From the NCBI GenBank assembly GCA_965205025.1, contig CBDBFU010000032.1, forward strand, positions 32,001 to 96,000: 64,000 bases of DNA, written 5' to 3'. The notes under the pieces were generated by a model. It ran no database searches. It saw only the letters and a list, made by a program, of their open reading frames with translations, and had not been told where the DNA came from. Source of the stretch: Candidatus Poribacteria bacterium. GTDB taxonomy: Bacteria; Poribacteria; WGA-4E; WGA-3G. Every line of letters begins with the position of its first letter. Within the stretch, counting starts at the first letter, position 1. Positions 10,114 through 20,324 of the stretch are shown piece by piece. A program made the position numbers and the translations under genes.

Positions 10114-11841
10114 CTAATTGTCCTCAGGATCCACCCTATAAATCCAGACATGATCAATACCGTTGAGAGATATTTGGTGTTCCAATTCACCATTTAGTGT
10201 GCCAGTTTGCGGCACACGTCCGATTTGCGAATCTCGGATATAGACGACTTCATAATCGGGATTATATCCACGGTTTCTATCTGCTCGATAGACAAAACCT
10301 TGAAAATAGTAATATACAAATTCAGTGGCAAGTGGCGACACTTGAACGACGAGATCTTCAGCATTCGGTTTCTCATTCAAATAGTTGGCTGCGATATCCA
10401 ACCCAGAGGCATCTCCTACAGTGATTATTTTCGTAATATCCGTGACTTTCCAACAAGGGTTGTAGTAAGTTCCATAATACGGGTGAAGACATAAAGCTGG
10501 CCATACCTGAATGAAAAATAACAAAATACAGGTAACAATGGTTAAGGAACGTTTGAAAACGAGTTCTTTGGATCCTAAGCGAGAATCAATAACACTATAT
10601 AGCCAGCGGAGAATTGTAACGAAACTTAAAGCAGCAAGTATTTCTAAAATTGGAAATGCAGGTAGTAAATAGCGACTGAATTTTTTGCTTGTAGCAGAAA
10701 GACATACTGTAAAAATCAGAACAACCACAACTAAAGCGACCACTTTACGAAATTGAACTCCAGTTTCAACTGTATGTTTACGATTTTTCCAAAAAAGAAA
10801 AATACCGACGAAAACAAGAGGCAACATAAATGGTGTGCTTTTAATTGATAGCACAAAAGGATAGAATAACCATCCAGGATCATAGACAACTTTTCCGAGA
10901 AAAAAGTGTTCTACTTCATGCGGTGTTGTGACTGCCCAATTTACTCTGTCAAAAACACGCCACGCGGTATGCCCTATACAGATACATATTACGATTAGTC
11001 CTATGATTGCAGACAAGGTGAGTAGAAAGGACGCGTGTTTCTTTTTTAAAACTCTCAACATAAAAAATACAATAATTGAAAGGCATACTCCGAACATGGC
11101 AAAAGCAACTGTCCAAAAAACGGGCCAAAATCCAAGTACTGTAAGGAGCGCGCAGCTGAAAAAACATAGTAATGCTGCTACGAATGAAAGAAAACGTCGT
11201 CTGTTTTCTTTATCCTGGTTATAGAATAAAATAAAACACAATATTATCCACACGACCAGAATAAATGAATAACTTTTGGAAAGACATGCTAACCCAAAAG
11301 TTATCCCTGAAAAGGTCAAATAGTTATACTTCTTGGGCATCTCACAGTACAACAAAAATAGCAGAACCGTTATAAGAATAAATACGGTTGCTAAAGCGTC
11401 CGTGTGCACTCGCCTCGTCTGTGCTAAGAATAAGGGTGAAAAAGTTAGAAACGCAACACTTGTTATTGCTTCCCAAAGTCCAAACAAACGATTAAGGAGA
11501 ATACCACAGACACCAATTCCAAACGATATTACGATACCAATCAACCATCTCGCAGCTGCTAAGTTAGCAAGATCAAAATGTGTTTCTAAAAAGAATGTCC
11601 GTAACCCCGAGACCCACATTGTTATTACACCAGGGTGATACGCAATAAGTGTTTCAGAGAAGTCTCCACGGGTGATAGCATCCATGAAGTCAGCACTTCG
11701 ATTGAGCCACCGTGCCTCATCGCTTGACCAATGGGCAGACAACGTCAAAAACCTTGGCAAGTTTATAACTACAAAGATACTCAATGCGAATAAAAGCACC
11801 GTGTAGCGGTGTGAAAATAACGAACATGTTTGTTGTGGCAT
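10114..11841 (-). CDS. ArnT/PMT-like GT-C membrane glycosyltransferase
   Basis: Multi-TM; early DE motif, HPG, RYLLP. Confidence 0.8.
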   Translation of the reverse strand: MPQQTCSLFSHRYTVLLFALSIFVVINLPRFLTLSAHWSSDEARWLNRSADFMDAITRGDFSETLIAYHPGVITMWVSGLRTFFLETHFDLANLAAARWLIGIVISFGIGVCGILLNRLFGLWEAITSVAFLTFSPLFLAQTRRVHTDALATVFILITVLLFLLYCEMPKKYNYLTFSGITFGLACLSKSYSFILVVWIILCFILFYNQDKENRRRFLSFVAALLCFFSCALLTVLGFWPVFWTVAFAMFGVCLSIIVFFMLRVLKKKHASFLLTLSAIIGLIVICICIGHTAWRVFDRVNWAVTTPHEVEHFFLGKVVYDPGWLFYPFVLSIKSTPFMLPLVFVGIFLFWKNRKHTVETGVQFRKVVALVVVVLIFTVCLSATSKKFSRYLLPAFPILEILAALSFVTILRWLYSVIDSRLGSKELVFKRSLTIVTCILLFFIQVWPALCLHPYYGTYYNPCWKVTDITKIITVGDASGLDIAANYLNEKPNAEDLVVQVSPLATEFVYYYFQGFVYRADRNRGYNPDYEVVYIRDSQIGRVPQTGTLNGELEHQISLNGIDHVWIYRVDPEDN

Positions 11842-11844
11842 GAA

Positions 11845-12129
11845 TTATTTGGAAGGTGTCTGGGTAGATTTTTGTTTTTTACTTTCCTGTTCTGCCCATG
11901 CTTGTTCCATTTTTTCTCGAAGTATCTTTCCACGCCTAATGCGTTCTTCTCGTGTTGGGCAGCAGCTGCAAGATTTCCTTTTCTTTTTAACAGCTGCACC
12001 TTGAGATGTAACAGAGTTTTCCTGCGGAATAGGTTGTATAGGTTTAGTGAGTCCAATTGTTGCGTAAACCATAAAACATGCAACGATTACACACAAACAA
12101 ATAATTCCTAATATTATAAAAAGTCTCAT
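11845..12129 (-). CDS. Small membrane-anchored protein with KSCSCC motif
   Basis: N-terminal TM helix, CSCC followed by a charged helix; start overlaps the upstream stop. Confidence 0.65.
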   Translation of the reverse strand: MRLFIILGIICLCVIVACFMVYATIGLTKPIQPIPQENSVTSQGAAVKKKRKSCSCCPTREERIRRGKILREKMEQAWAEQESKKQKSTQTPSK

Positions 12130-12926
12130 CTGTTATCCCCAGTGTTTTTATAGCGACCTTGTCTTACATCCTCATAAATACGATCTAAGTGTTCTTGGTT
12201 TTTGGGTGGCCACGGCACATCAGCGGGAAGTTCAAGTTCTTCACGGCTTATCGGCGGTGGTTTTTTAGGAAGAATATTACCCATATCATCAATATAAACG
12301 ACTTTCCAACCCCACGGGTGTTTACCCTTAAATGCAATGTCAAACATATGTTGCTCAGTAAGTTTAGCATTTCCACTACTTACTCCGTATCCCTTCAATC
12401 CTCTATTAATAATAACGCTTTTTTTAGGAAGTGGAAGAACGGTTCTTCCATCAGGTCCTAAAAATTCAACGGAGAATACGTTTGGATCTGCCTGCTTTGC
12501 GGTTTTGGTTTGTTGGTATTTCCAAATCTGTCTATCAATGTGAGCATCTTCAAAGGATTTCCAGTCATCATATATAGTACCGAAATACATTTTGGGAAGC
12601 CATTTCTCTGGATCAGATAAATATATACGCTCCTGATGCATTAAACCACTACGAAGCAACATCATATACTGATGGAAATCATTAGCATCTTCAAAAACAA
12701 TGCCTTTATCAAGAATCCTTTGAATCCATTTGGTTGGAGGGTATCTCTCATTACATGCCTGCAACCATTCAATAGAGACATTATCAAATGTAAATGCTTG
12801 AAGAATAGTTTCAGGAGTTTGTGGTAGCGGGCCCTCATATTTGATAACTGGTTTCTTTATTGTTTGAACACAGGATATAATCATGCATAAACTGAAAATT
12901 AACACAACTGTCAATATAACTTTCAT
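12126..12926 (-). CDS. Lipoprotein, paralog of 12923-14365
   Basis: Lipobox IISC; shared PQT, YP..W...LDKGI, IDR.IW.YQQ and GKHP..VYI..G blocks. Confidence 0.75.
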   Translation of the reverse strand: MKVILTVVLIFSLCMIISCVQTIKKPVIKYEGPLPQTPETILQAFTFDNVSIEWLQACNERYPPTKWIQRILDKGIVFEDANDFHQYMMLLRSGLMHQERIYLSDPEKWLPKMYFGTIYDDWKSFEDAHIDRQIWKYQQTKTAKQADPNVFSVEFLGPDGRTVLPLPKKSVIINRGLKGYGVSSGNAKLTEQHMFDIAFKGKHPWGWKVVYIDDMGNILPKKPPPISREELELPADVPWPPKNQEHLDRIYEDVRQGRYKNTGDNR

Positions 12927-14365
12927 TTTTCCTCCAAGAGATTAATTTTGCTATTACTTCGTCGTGCAGGTGGTTGCCGCCGCATCTGACGTTCTAATTG
13001 TTTAATCATTTCAATATCTTCTGCTTCAAGTCTACGGAGTCCTTCTTCAAGTCCATATTCATTTAATGTCCTAAAGGTTTTCTGAAGATACTCCGGACTA
13101 AACCTTTTGTTAAGAGTCTCCTCAATGTTTTCTGCGGTAGGTGGTTCAGGTCGCAACAACTTCTTAATTTCTGCTTCAAATTCAGCATCGCTTAGGGTGG
13201 AGAGTCTAAGTATTTCGGTGTCTATGTTTATTCGATCAGGTTTCTTGGTACTTTGATTAGGAATACTTTCTGTGAGATATTCTAAGTTTTCTGAAGGTAA
13301 TTTTTCTGCAAAGTCACCTTCAACAGATTGCGGTTTCCAAGTATCCGCAGGTGCACTAATCTCTTCTCGTGTTATCAAAGGAGGTTTTTCAAGGTGTGTA
13401 TCTCCATCTTCGTTGATGTAAACGATGTCATAATCTGTAGGATGTTTTCCACGAAATAAAATGTCAAATTTTTGTTCATCAGAAAGTGGAGTGCCGATAA
13501 AAGAGCCTCCCCCTTTGCCTCTTTCGACGTAAATACGTCCGGGAATAAATGGTATGAAGGTTTCTTGGTTAGGACCAATGAAAATTCCTCCAGATATTTC
13601 CGGATTCGACTCCATAGCGACTTTGAGTTGTTGGTATTCCCATATCTTCCTATCTATAAAAGCAGCTTCGTAGGTCTCCCAATCATTCGTAGGTGGAATA
13701 CCGAGATTACCCGATGCCCATTCTTCTGGTTGATGTTCACGTCGTGCTAAACTCCAGCGTGGTGCCATATAACCAGAATAGTCGCCATAATCTTCAATAG
13801 TGATACCTTTATCAAGGAGCATCTGAAGCCATTCAGCTTGAGGATACTTATCATCTATTGCAGGGTTGGCAATCATTTCTTCAAATGAAGTAAGTAGTGC
13901 TTCAACGGTTTGAGGACCCTTATGTTTTTTTGGTCCATCATCCGTTTGTTGCTTTTCAGGGGGTGGGAGTTCCGAAAAATCATAAACCCTAATAGGCGGC
14001 GGTATATCGGAATCTTCTTTTAGTCGTTTTGCCAACCTCTCAAATGTCTCTCGGGTTTGATCCCTTAACGTTTCAATCTGACTCAGTGCACCCGTAAACT
14101 CATGCGGCATTTCATTCTCAATCGTTTTTAAAAGCGCCTCGGTTTGGATATCTGTTTGTTCATCCAACCAAGATACCCACGGATCTGTATTCAGGTCCTT
14201 TTTATTTTCTCTAACTGTCGGTTCCACAGTAATTTCCCTAACCTTTGTTTGTTGCGGATTAACTGTGGGGATGTCTCTCTCAACAATCGGACGATATAGA
14301 AGAAAGGACACTATACCTAAAATAACTAAAAAAAGCAAAATATACAGAAGTTTTTTATGTTTCAT
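12923..14365 (-). CDS. Membrane-anchored hypothetical protein (partner family)
   Basis: Probable start MKHKK after GGAG; N-terminal TM; paralog of the downstream gene. Confidence 0.75.
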   Translation of the reverse strand: MKHKKLLYILLFLVILGIVSFLLYRPIVERDIPTVNPQQTKVREITVEPTVRENKKDLNTDPWVSWLDEQTDIQTEALLKTIENEMPHEFTGALSQIETLRDQTRETFERLAKRLKEDSDIPPPIRVYDFSELPPPEKQQTDDGPKKHKGPQTVEALLTSFEEMIANPAIDDKYPQAEWLQMLLDKGITIEDYGDYSGYMAPRWSLARREHQPEEWASGNLGIPPTNDWETYEAAFIDRKIWEYQQLKVAMESNPEISGGIFIGPNQETFIPFIPGRIYVERGKGGGSFIGTPLSDEQKFDILFRGKHPTDYDIVYINEDGDTHLEKPPLITREEISAPADTWKPQSVEGDFAEKLPSENLEYLTESIPNQSTKKPDRINIDTEILRLSTLSDAEFEAEIKKLLRPEPPTAENIEETLNKRFSPEYLQKTFRTLNEYGLEEGLRRLEAEDIEMIKQLERQMRRQPPARRSNSKINLLEEK

Positions 14366-14389
14366 TGTATAACTCCCGAATGAATGTGT

Positions 14390-14419
14390 CACCGGCAAAG
14401 TAGTTAATCTCTGCCGGTG
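14390..14419 (-). terminator. Stem-loop after small secreted protein gene
   Basis: CACCGGCA..TGCCGGTG inverted repeat. Confidence 0.5.
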
Positions 14420-14433
14420 AAAACATTAAATCC

Positions 14434-14919
14434 CTAAGAACTTGTAGAACACTCATCATAAATAGACTGATTTTCAAAAGTACCACTTGCTACAGCAGAG
14501 GTATCAACTGACATCCTTCCGTTTCTATCTATCTGAAGAAACCTACTTGCAGATACCTCCTGAGTATCTACTGAAATCCAAGTCCACCACAAAAAACTCT
14601 TTTCTTCTGCTGTTAGCCAAAATGGTTTCTCTCCCTCTCCATCAGGATCCCTTTTTGTGAGCCAACCCGCTTTGGCAATACAATAACCAGAACCTGTGTA
14701 TGAATCACCATCTTGCTTCACTTTACCGTCAGCATAACTGATAGAAAGTGTGGCAGAAGCTGAATTGGAGCCACAAGAGGCGTAAGCAGTCGCCACAACT
14801 CTCTCATCACTGGATAGCGCTGATTTATTATCATCATCAGCATTGGATTCTTGATGGTTATAGATAACTATACCCAAACATAATGCCACTACGAAAGTGG
14901 CAAACATTACTTTATTCAT
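14434..14919 (-). CDS. Small secreted Ser/Ala-rich protein with Cys residues
   Basis: Probable start MNKVMF after AAGGA; signal peptide ending SNA. Confidence 0.7.
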   Translation of the reverse strand: MNKVMFATFVVALCLGIVIYNHQESNADDDNKSALSSDERVVATAYASCGSNSASATLSISYADGKVKQDGDSYTGSGYCIAKAGWLTKRDPDGEGEKPFWLTAEEKSFLWWTWISVDTQEVSASRFLQIDRNGRMSVDTSAVASGTFENQSIYDECSTSS

Positions 14920-15021
14920 ATTTTTATCCTTTTTCAATGAGGGTATTAAGTAAATAATGATGCGTGTAACTATGGATAACCCTCTTAATCCTGCTGCATC
15001 ATATTTTAATATATAAATTGA

Positions 15022-15284
15022 CATTCAATACCTTCGCCAAATATGGCTGATGTTTCATAAGTTAACCTAAGATGAAGTTAACCTAAGATGCTTCTTATCC
15101 AGTAGGAATCCTTGCGATTCAGATCAATGATGTCCCATAGCCTTTTAGTCTGTGTCCACCCATAAAGTCAACTGGTGTGGAATATGGTCTATACAGGAAT
15201 AAAAATAACTTCCGAAAAACCTGAAGTTATTTAATCCTGAAATTCCAGAACTTCTCTGAGCAATCGGTCTTACTCACTATGACA
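15022..15284 (-). repeat. Conserved non-coding leader, copy 1
   Basis: Colinear with 17888-18130. Confidence 0.8.
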
Positions 15285-15777
15285 AGGTAACGGCGTAAAG
15301 TTCATTCACCCCGCTGTATCTCCACCCCCTCCGCCTATCCCTATTCACGTCCCAGAGATACACTGCCCCAGTATCATCTCCGATCGCAACGTGAATACCA
15401 TCCGGACTATAAGCAACTGCGTTAATACCTTGAGCATCAGCAAAATTCAAACGCTGAACCTCCTTTCCATCGCTCGTCCACAAATGGACCACTACGGTGG
15501 CACCGCCGGCGGCGATGAACTTCCCATCAGGGCTGAAGGCAACTCCTTTAATTGCACCACCGATTGAGTGATGGTAGATCCTTTCACCGTCGCTAACTTC
15601 CCAGAGTTCCACATCACCCCCAGCATCTCCTGTGATGATATACTCTCCATCAGGACTAAAATCAACAGAAAGGGCGTCATGAGAAAGATTGTATAACTTG
15701 GTTTGAGCAATGATATTTTCAGCCATGCCAAACCAAACAAAGATAACCATTGTAATCCAAAAAAAGTTCTTTCGCAT
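15277..15777 (-). pseudogene. Truncated secreted WD40-repeat protein
   Basis: Signal peptide and three WD40 repeats (FSPDG, YSPDG); ends abruptly at the start of the conserved leader. Confidence 0.75.
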
Positions 15778-15851
15778 TGTATATCTCCTTTGTAAAAAAT
15801 GAAATCACCTTACAATTGCCACACGGCAAAGGTTAAACCATTTCTAATAAA

Positions 15852-16199
15852 TTACATCACGTTTTCGATCTTGGTTGTATAATCGTACTTTGTTATACTC
15901 TCAATAGCGATTTTCGTGTAACTTCGTATGATCTCAGTGAGTTTATCCTGCATCTCTTGTAATGAAGTCAGAACAATTTGAAATAACTTTGCTTTGATGT
16001 CTTGCCATAGTCTTTCAATAGGGTTCAACTCGGGACTATAAGGCGGTAGAAAGAGGAATACTATATTCTCAGGAACTTGTAGTGATTTCGCTTGATGAAA
16101 ACGCCCATTATCAAGGACAAGGATATTCAGAGACGCCGGATACACCTTAGCAAACTCATCAAGAAATATTTGGAAACAGGTACTATTCAGATAAGGCAT
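15852..16199 (-). pseudogene. IS630-family transposase C-terminal remnant
   Basis: LDNGRFH and FLPPYSPELNPIERLW motifs; possible end AACCATTTCTA at ~15836. Confidence 0.88.
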
Positions 16200-16488
16200 T
16201 TCAACGAAAAAACTTGTCTTAACTATGCTGTTTTTTTGGTCTGAATTACCGTTGGCACTTCAGTTTGTTGTTTTTGTCGCCTTATGTTTCTACCTTTCAA
16301 GGAAGATTGTAGATAGAACAATACCGCTTTGAAAACTGCAATGGATTCAGTTGTTTACTAATTTAAAATAGGTTTGGTAATACATCTAAAAGTATGTATT
16401 AAAATCACTTTATATCCAAGCCAAATTACAATACAGACTATATTTTCAGAATATACCTATTACTAATAGTATTTCTTAAGATCTCAAT

Positions 16489-16977
16489 CTAATGTGCTGG
16501 ACCGTCAGTTTGACTACCACCTGGCGGATATTTAACTTTCGATTTATGATTATGTGAAATATATTCATCATTGAAAGATGTGACAATACCAGCAAGAGAT
16601 CTTGACTCATATTCAGGTTCCTGACTACCAAACCCAGGTACATCAGTCCAAGTATTATAGCGATAGGCATTTGCAGTAAATGAACCCTCTATACCTGGTT
16701 CTCCTGGAGCGACTTCTTTTCGATCCTCTTCCAAATGTGGCACATTTGCTACAACATAGTACCAACTTCGCGTTACACCACCATCAATTCTTGATGGTGC
16801 TGCAACATCAGCCGATGCCCTTGCCATAAAAAGAATAACACCAAGTGAACTTGATGTACCATTTATTGAAGCAGAACAAGTAGCAGTATTCCTGGGGCCA
16901 GAATGTGTCAACCCAATATTCCAAACAAATAATAACGTAACAAAAAACAATAAAAAAGCCAAAAGATAATGTTTCAT
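16489..16977 (-). CDS. Small secreted protein
   Basis: Signal peptide; RBS AGGAG adjoins the upstream stop. Confidence 0.7.
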   Translation of the reverse strand: MKHYLLAFLLFFVTLLFVWNIGLTHSGPRNTATCSASINGTSSSLGVILFMARASADVAAPSRIDGGVTRSWYYVVANVPHLEEDRKEVAPGEPGIEGSFTANAYRYNTWTDVPGFGSQEPEYESRSLAGIVTSFNDEYISHNHKSKVKYPPGGSQTDGPAH

Positions 16978-16988
16978 TATATCTCCTT

Positions 16989-17774
16989 TTATTTTAATCC
17001 TAAAAATTCATACGGATCAATACCTTCTGAGTCGTAATCCAATATACGAATACTTTCTGGGGTTTCTCCTTCGGCTATTTTAACATATTCAGACGGCGTA
17101 ATGTCGCCTCCACCGAATGAATCCGAGATTACTGAGAGTCTTGAAGGTGATCCGTTAGACATATCATCAATTACATCCAATTTACTATATCTTACATAAA
17201 CAGTTCTTGGATACAATAAGTATACTTTCTGGTTGATATCAAATTTGAGACCGGTAATATCCCGTTCTCCATTATTCCATAATTTTACACGGACACGGGA
17301 TAAGATCTCAAATGTCCGTTGTCTACTACTTGGCATTTTTGCTACCCCAGGATTTTCCCATGCTACATCGTATGGGTAATCTTCAGGGATTTTTGGATAC
17401 GGTCCAAATCCAAAAGGAGAAGTCCGTAAATCACTCTGAAGTTTATTTTCATCTAATGGTAGACTCAGAGATCCATCATTTTGGGTTTCAACATTAGATT
17501 GCGTTTTTCTCTCTTGTTTCTCCCGAACTTCCTTAAGAAAACTCGTCCATTCATAACTCAATGAATCAGAAGTTGAATTAAGATATGTATCTTTCAGCGT
17601 TAAATCAGCATCTATCGGCTCTTGCTTTTCCTCCTCTTTAATTTTACTAAGAAACTTTTCATGTTCAAACTCACTTTGCTTGATTTCCTCCTTCACTTGA
17701 CGAGACCAAACAAAACTACCAACAGTAATAATGATACAAGTGAAGATCACACCAGTAATGAGAATACGTTGCAT
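16989..17774 (-). CDS. Membrane-anchored hypothetical protein (SPFGFGPYP..P.DYP / GIDPY.FL family)
   Basis: N-terminal TM; paralog at 24187-25006. Confidence 0.75.
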   Translation of the reverse strand: MQRILITGVIFTCIIITVGSFVWSRQVKEEIKQSEFEHEKFLSKIKEEEKQEPIDADLTLKDTYLNSTSDSLSYEWTSFLKEVREKQERKTQSNVETQNDGSLSLPLDENKLQSDLRTSPFGFGPYPKIPEDYPYDVAWENPGVAKMPSSRQRTFEILSRVRVKLWNNGERDITGLKFDINQKVYLLYPRTVYVRYSKLDVIDDMSNGSPSRLSVISDSFGGGDITPSEYVKIAEGETPESIRILDYDSEGIDPYEFLGLK

Positions 17775-17829
17775 TTGTTATTCTCCTATATTGGATTATT
17801 AAATAGACAGTATTAAGCAAATAATGGAG

Positions 17830-17869
17830 GCAAGACTCAATAATCAGTATAAGCAATTATTGAGTCTGC
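17830..17869. terminator. Long stem-loop between leader copy 2 and the downstream gene
   Basis: AGACTCAATAAT..ATTATTGAGTCT inverted repeat. Confidence 0.5.
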
Positions 17870-17887
17870 ACTATTTCAATTTATCAA

Positions 17888-18130
17888 ATTCAATACCTAA
17901 ACTAATAATGACAGATTTTTCATAAGCTAATCTAAGTTGTTACTTGTCCAGTAGGAATCCCTCAGTTCTGATTGATGTTGCCCATAAAGAGTTAGTTTGT
18001 GACCCCATTAAGTCAACTGGCTTAGAATTTGGTCTTAACAAGAATAAAATCACTTCTTGAAAAACCTGAAATTACTTTTAATCTTGAAATCTCGGAACTT
18101 CTCTGAGCAATCCAATTACTCACTATGACA
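17888..18130 (-). repeat. Conserved non-coding leader, copy 2
   Basis: Colinear with 15022-15284. Confidence 0.8.
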
Positions 18131-18376
18131 CCCATCAACTAAAACTTAGATAATTGGCGCAGCTATTGAATTGTATACCTTCCTTTTAGATATGATTTAA
18201 ACATATCTATCTGATTGGAGACTTTATTGACGCCACTGAGTACATTATGTATAACCATATCTTTGCCCTATAGCGTCAGTGGTCTCCATATATGTGTGTC
18301 AAGGTGTTGCCAATCATAGAGATCTAACATCATAAATACTTAGCAACGCTTGACATAAATACACCAACAGAAATAT

Positions 18377-18429
18377 GACCTGCCTCTATAATTAAATGAC
18401 CCATGTTTTATACTTCAAAAGGTGCAAAA
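18377..18429 (-). promoter_or_regulatory. Putative ECF promoter TGCACC-N20-GTC
   Basis: Motif copy with exact 20-nt spacer. Confidence 0.55.
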
Positions 18430-18799
18430 TCGTAATAAAAGAATATTTAATTCTGAATTATACTGTTTTCAAAAATTAATGCGCTGGTAAAAACAACAAT
18501 ATGATAATATTATCTATCTGATGGAGTATACTGCAGAAAACAAAACATAGAAGTTTCACTCCTGAATTTTAAGACAAACATCATATTGAAGCATCTGACG
18601 GTTAAAGTTCACAAATGGAATTATGCTGACAACATTGCCTTAACAAGAACAACTTCATTGAATTTTGTTATTATTTTCTATTAACCATTTAGCCTTAAAA
18701 TGTTAACTAGCACAACGCGTAAGTATAGAAATATTATTGGTACATATATTGGTGCGGCAAAGATCCTCACGTGTTAGATTATTGTTAAAGTAAGACTTA

Positions 18800-19233
18800 T
18801 TAATAGGTTGTTACCTTAATGTCAATTCCAAGTTCATTCGCGATTTTTTCAAGTACTTCTTTCATAGTAGTCGGACGTTCAAGACGTAGTATGAAATATT
18901 CTCCCAATTGTGATTGATTAAGAGATTTATCTTTTTCCTTCATAACTATATGTACCCCTTCATGTCCTTCAAAATATTTGTCAATAAACAGTAATTCCCG
19001 TTTATATATTTCTTCTAATCCTAAACACTCTATTGCTTGAAAATATGTATCTATAGGTTTTTCGTCTGTATACCAATTATCTCCTATTTTCACGTTCAAT
19101 TTACCTCTTGGATCCGGTTCCCAATAATGCTTTCCTTAATTGAACCATCGGAGAATTGGACTCTAATGAAATCCTCTCCAATTTCGTAATTAGTGATTCC
19201 AGAATCGCCTCCAACATTTGCATATACTTCCAT
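18800..19233 (-). pseudogene. Frameshifted or chimeric gene: KTSC-like N-terminus plus C-terminal domain of unknown function
   Basis: GGAGG then MEVYANVGGDSGITNYEIGEDFIRVQFSDG (45-aa ORF); continues in another frame into ORF 18800-19099. Confidence 0.5.
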
Positions 19234-19576
19234 TTTTCCTCCTGTTGATTTTGCATTAATTTGTAAGGAAATTATATTTTTATTTTACAATAAATTTCTG
19301 TTGACCCACTGCGGTAGCTCCTGAATACAAGGAATTGACCAACTGTAGATCTTGTAAAAGTTACGTTTTATCACCATCATCGTTGGCGTGTAATATATCT
19401 TCGTTTCCAGAACAATTTAATTCCAGTAATACCAGAATGCCAAGATTTTAGTATTTCAGGTCTAAGTTTTATTTGTAGATACGAAATGATACTTAAGACG
19501 AGAAGGTTCCTCTCAAGTTCTCTATCACAAATTATCTATCTTCGTAATTTGCACTTTTTACAAACTTAAAAAATAT

Positions 19577-19628
19577 GACCCCCTCTATAATTAAATGACC
19601 CATGTTTTATACTTCAAAAGGTGCAAAA
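19577..19628 (-). promoter_or_regulatory. Putative ECF promoter TGCACC-N20-GTC
   Basis: Motif copy. Confidence 0.55.
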
Positions 19629-20063
19629 TCGTAAATAAGGTGTATTTTATTTTCATTTATACTGTTTTCGATAAATTTAAACCTATAAGAAACAACAGTA
19701 TGATAATATATTTTACCTGACAGAACATGCTGCAGAAAACCAAAAGTAGAAGTTTTACACCTGAATTTTAGGCACAAGTGCTGTGTAAAGTGAGAGAGGT
19801 ACGTTTTACCACCATCACCGTTGACGTGTAGTATCTTCGTTTCCTGAACCATCTAATTCCAGTAATCCCAGAATTCCAAGATTAGAGGATTTCAAGTCTA
19901 AGTTTTATGTAATTTCTTAGTCGTGATGATTCTTTTTCAGTGATTACCCATCCTCTTCATTTGTAGGTACGAAATGATACTTAAGACGATAACGTTTGCT
20001 CTCAAGTTCTCTATCACAAATTATCTATCTTCGTAATTTGCACTTTTTACAAACTTAAAATAT

Positions 20064-20115
20064 GACACCCTCTATAATTAAATGACCCATGTTTTATACT
20101 TCAAAAGGTGCAAAA
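20064..20115 (-). promoter_or_regulatory. Putative ECF promoter TGCACC-N20-GTC
   Basis: Motif copy, divergent from the sigma gene promoter. Confidence 0.55.
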
Positions 20116-20194
20116 TCGTAAAAAAGTATATTTTATAGTATAATATTCCTTGTATTTAGGTAAGTAACATACCTCTTTTATACCTCTTTTATCT

Positions 20195-20245
20195 TTTTGC
20201 ACCTTTTGCCTCTATTTAAATGTGTCTTTATTAATAGAGGGAGTC
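20195..20245 (+). promoter_or_regulatory. Putative autoregulatory promoter of the ECF sigma gene
   Basis: TTTTGCACC-N20-GTCTTT..ATAGAGG, 80 bp upstream of the sigma ATG. Confidence 0.6.
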
Positions 20246-20324
20246 TAATCATTAGGTGTAAATAAATCTAAACCTACCGTTTGTGATTTAATAATATAAT
20301 ATAAGGTTAATAGGGAGATGTATC

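Larger units (their letters stand above)
19360..20120. repeat. Degenerate ~490-bp tandem duplication containing the promoter motif
   Basis: 19360-19630 resembles 19795-20120; 18372-18580 resembles 19572-19775. Confidence 0.85.

Noticed and set aside
15059-15090. 16-bp tandem duplication AAGTTAACCTAAGATG
   Set aside because: Absent from the second leader copy; probably local slippage.
15022-15284. Known riboswitch (cobalamin, c-di-AMP, c-di-GMP) in the conserved leader
   Set aside because: Consensus motifs not recognisable by eye on either strand.
11845-19233. Integron cassette array
   Set aside because: No integrase and no attC-type RYYYAAC..GTTRRRY structures found between the genes.
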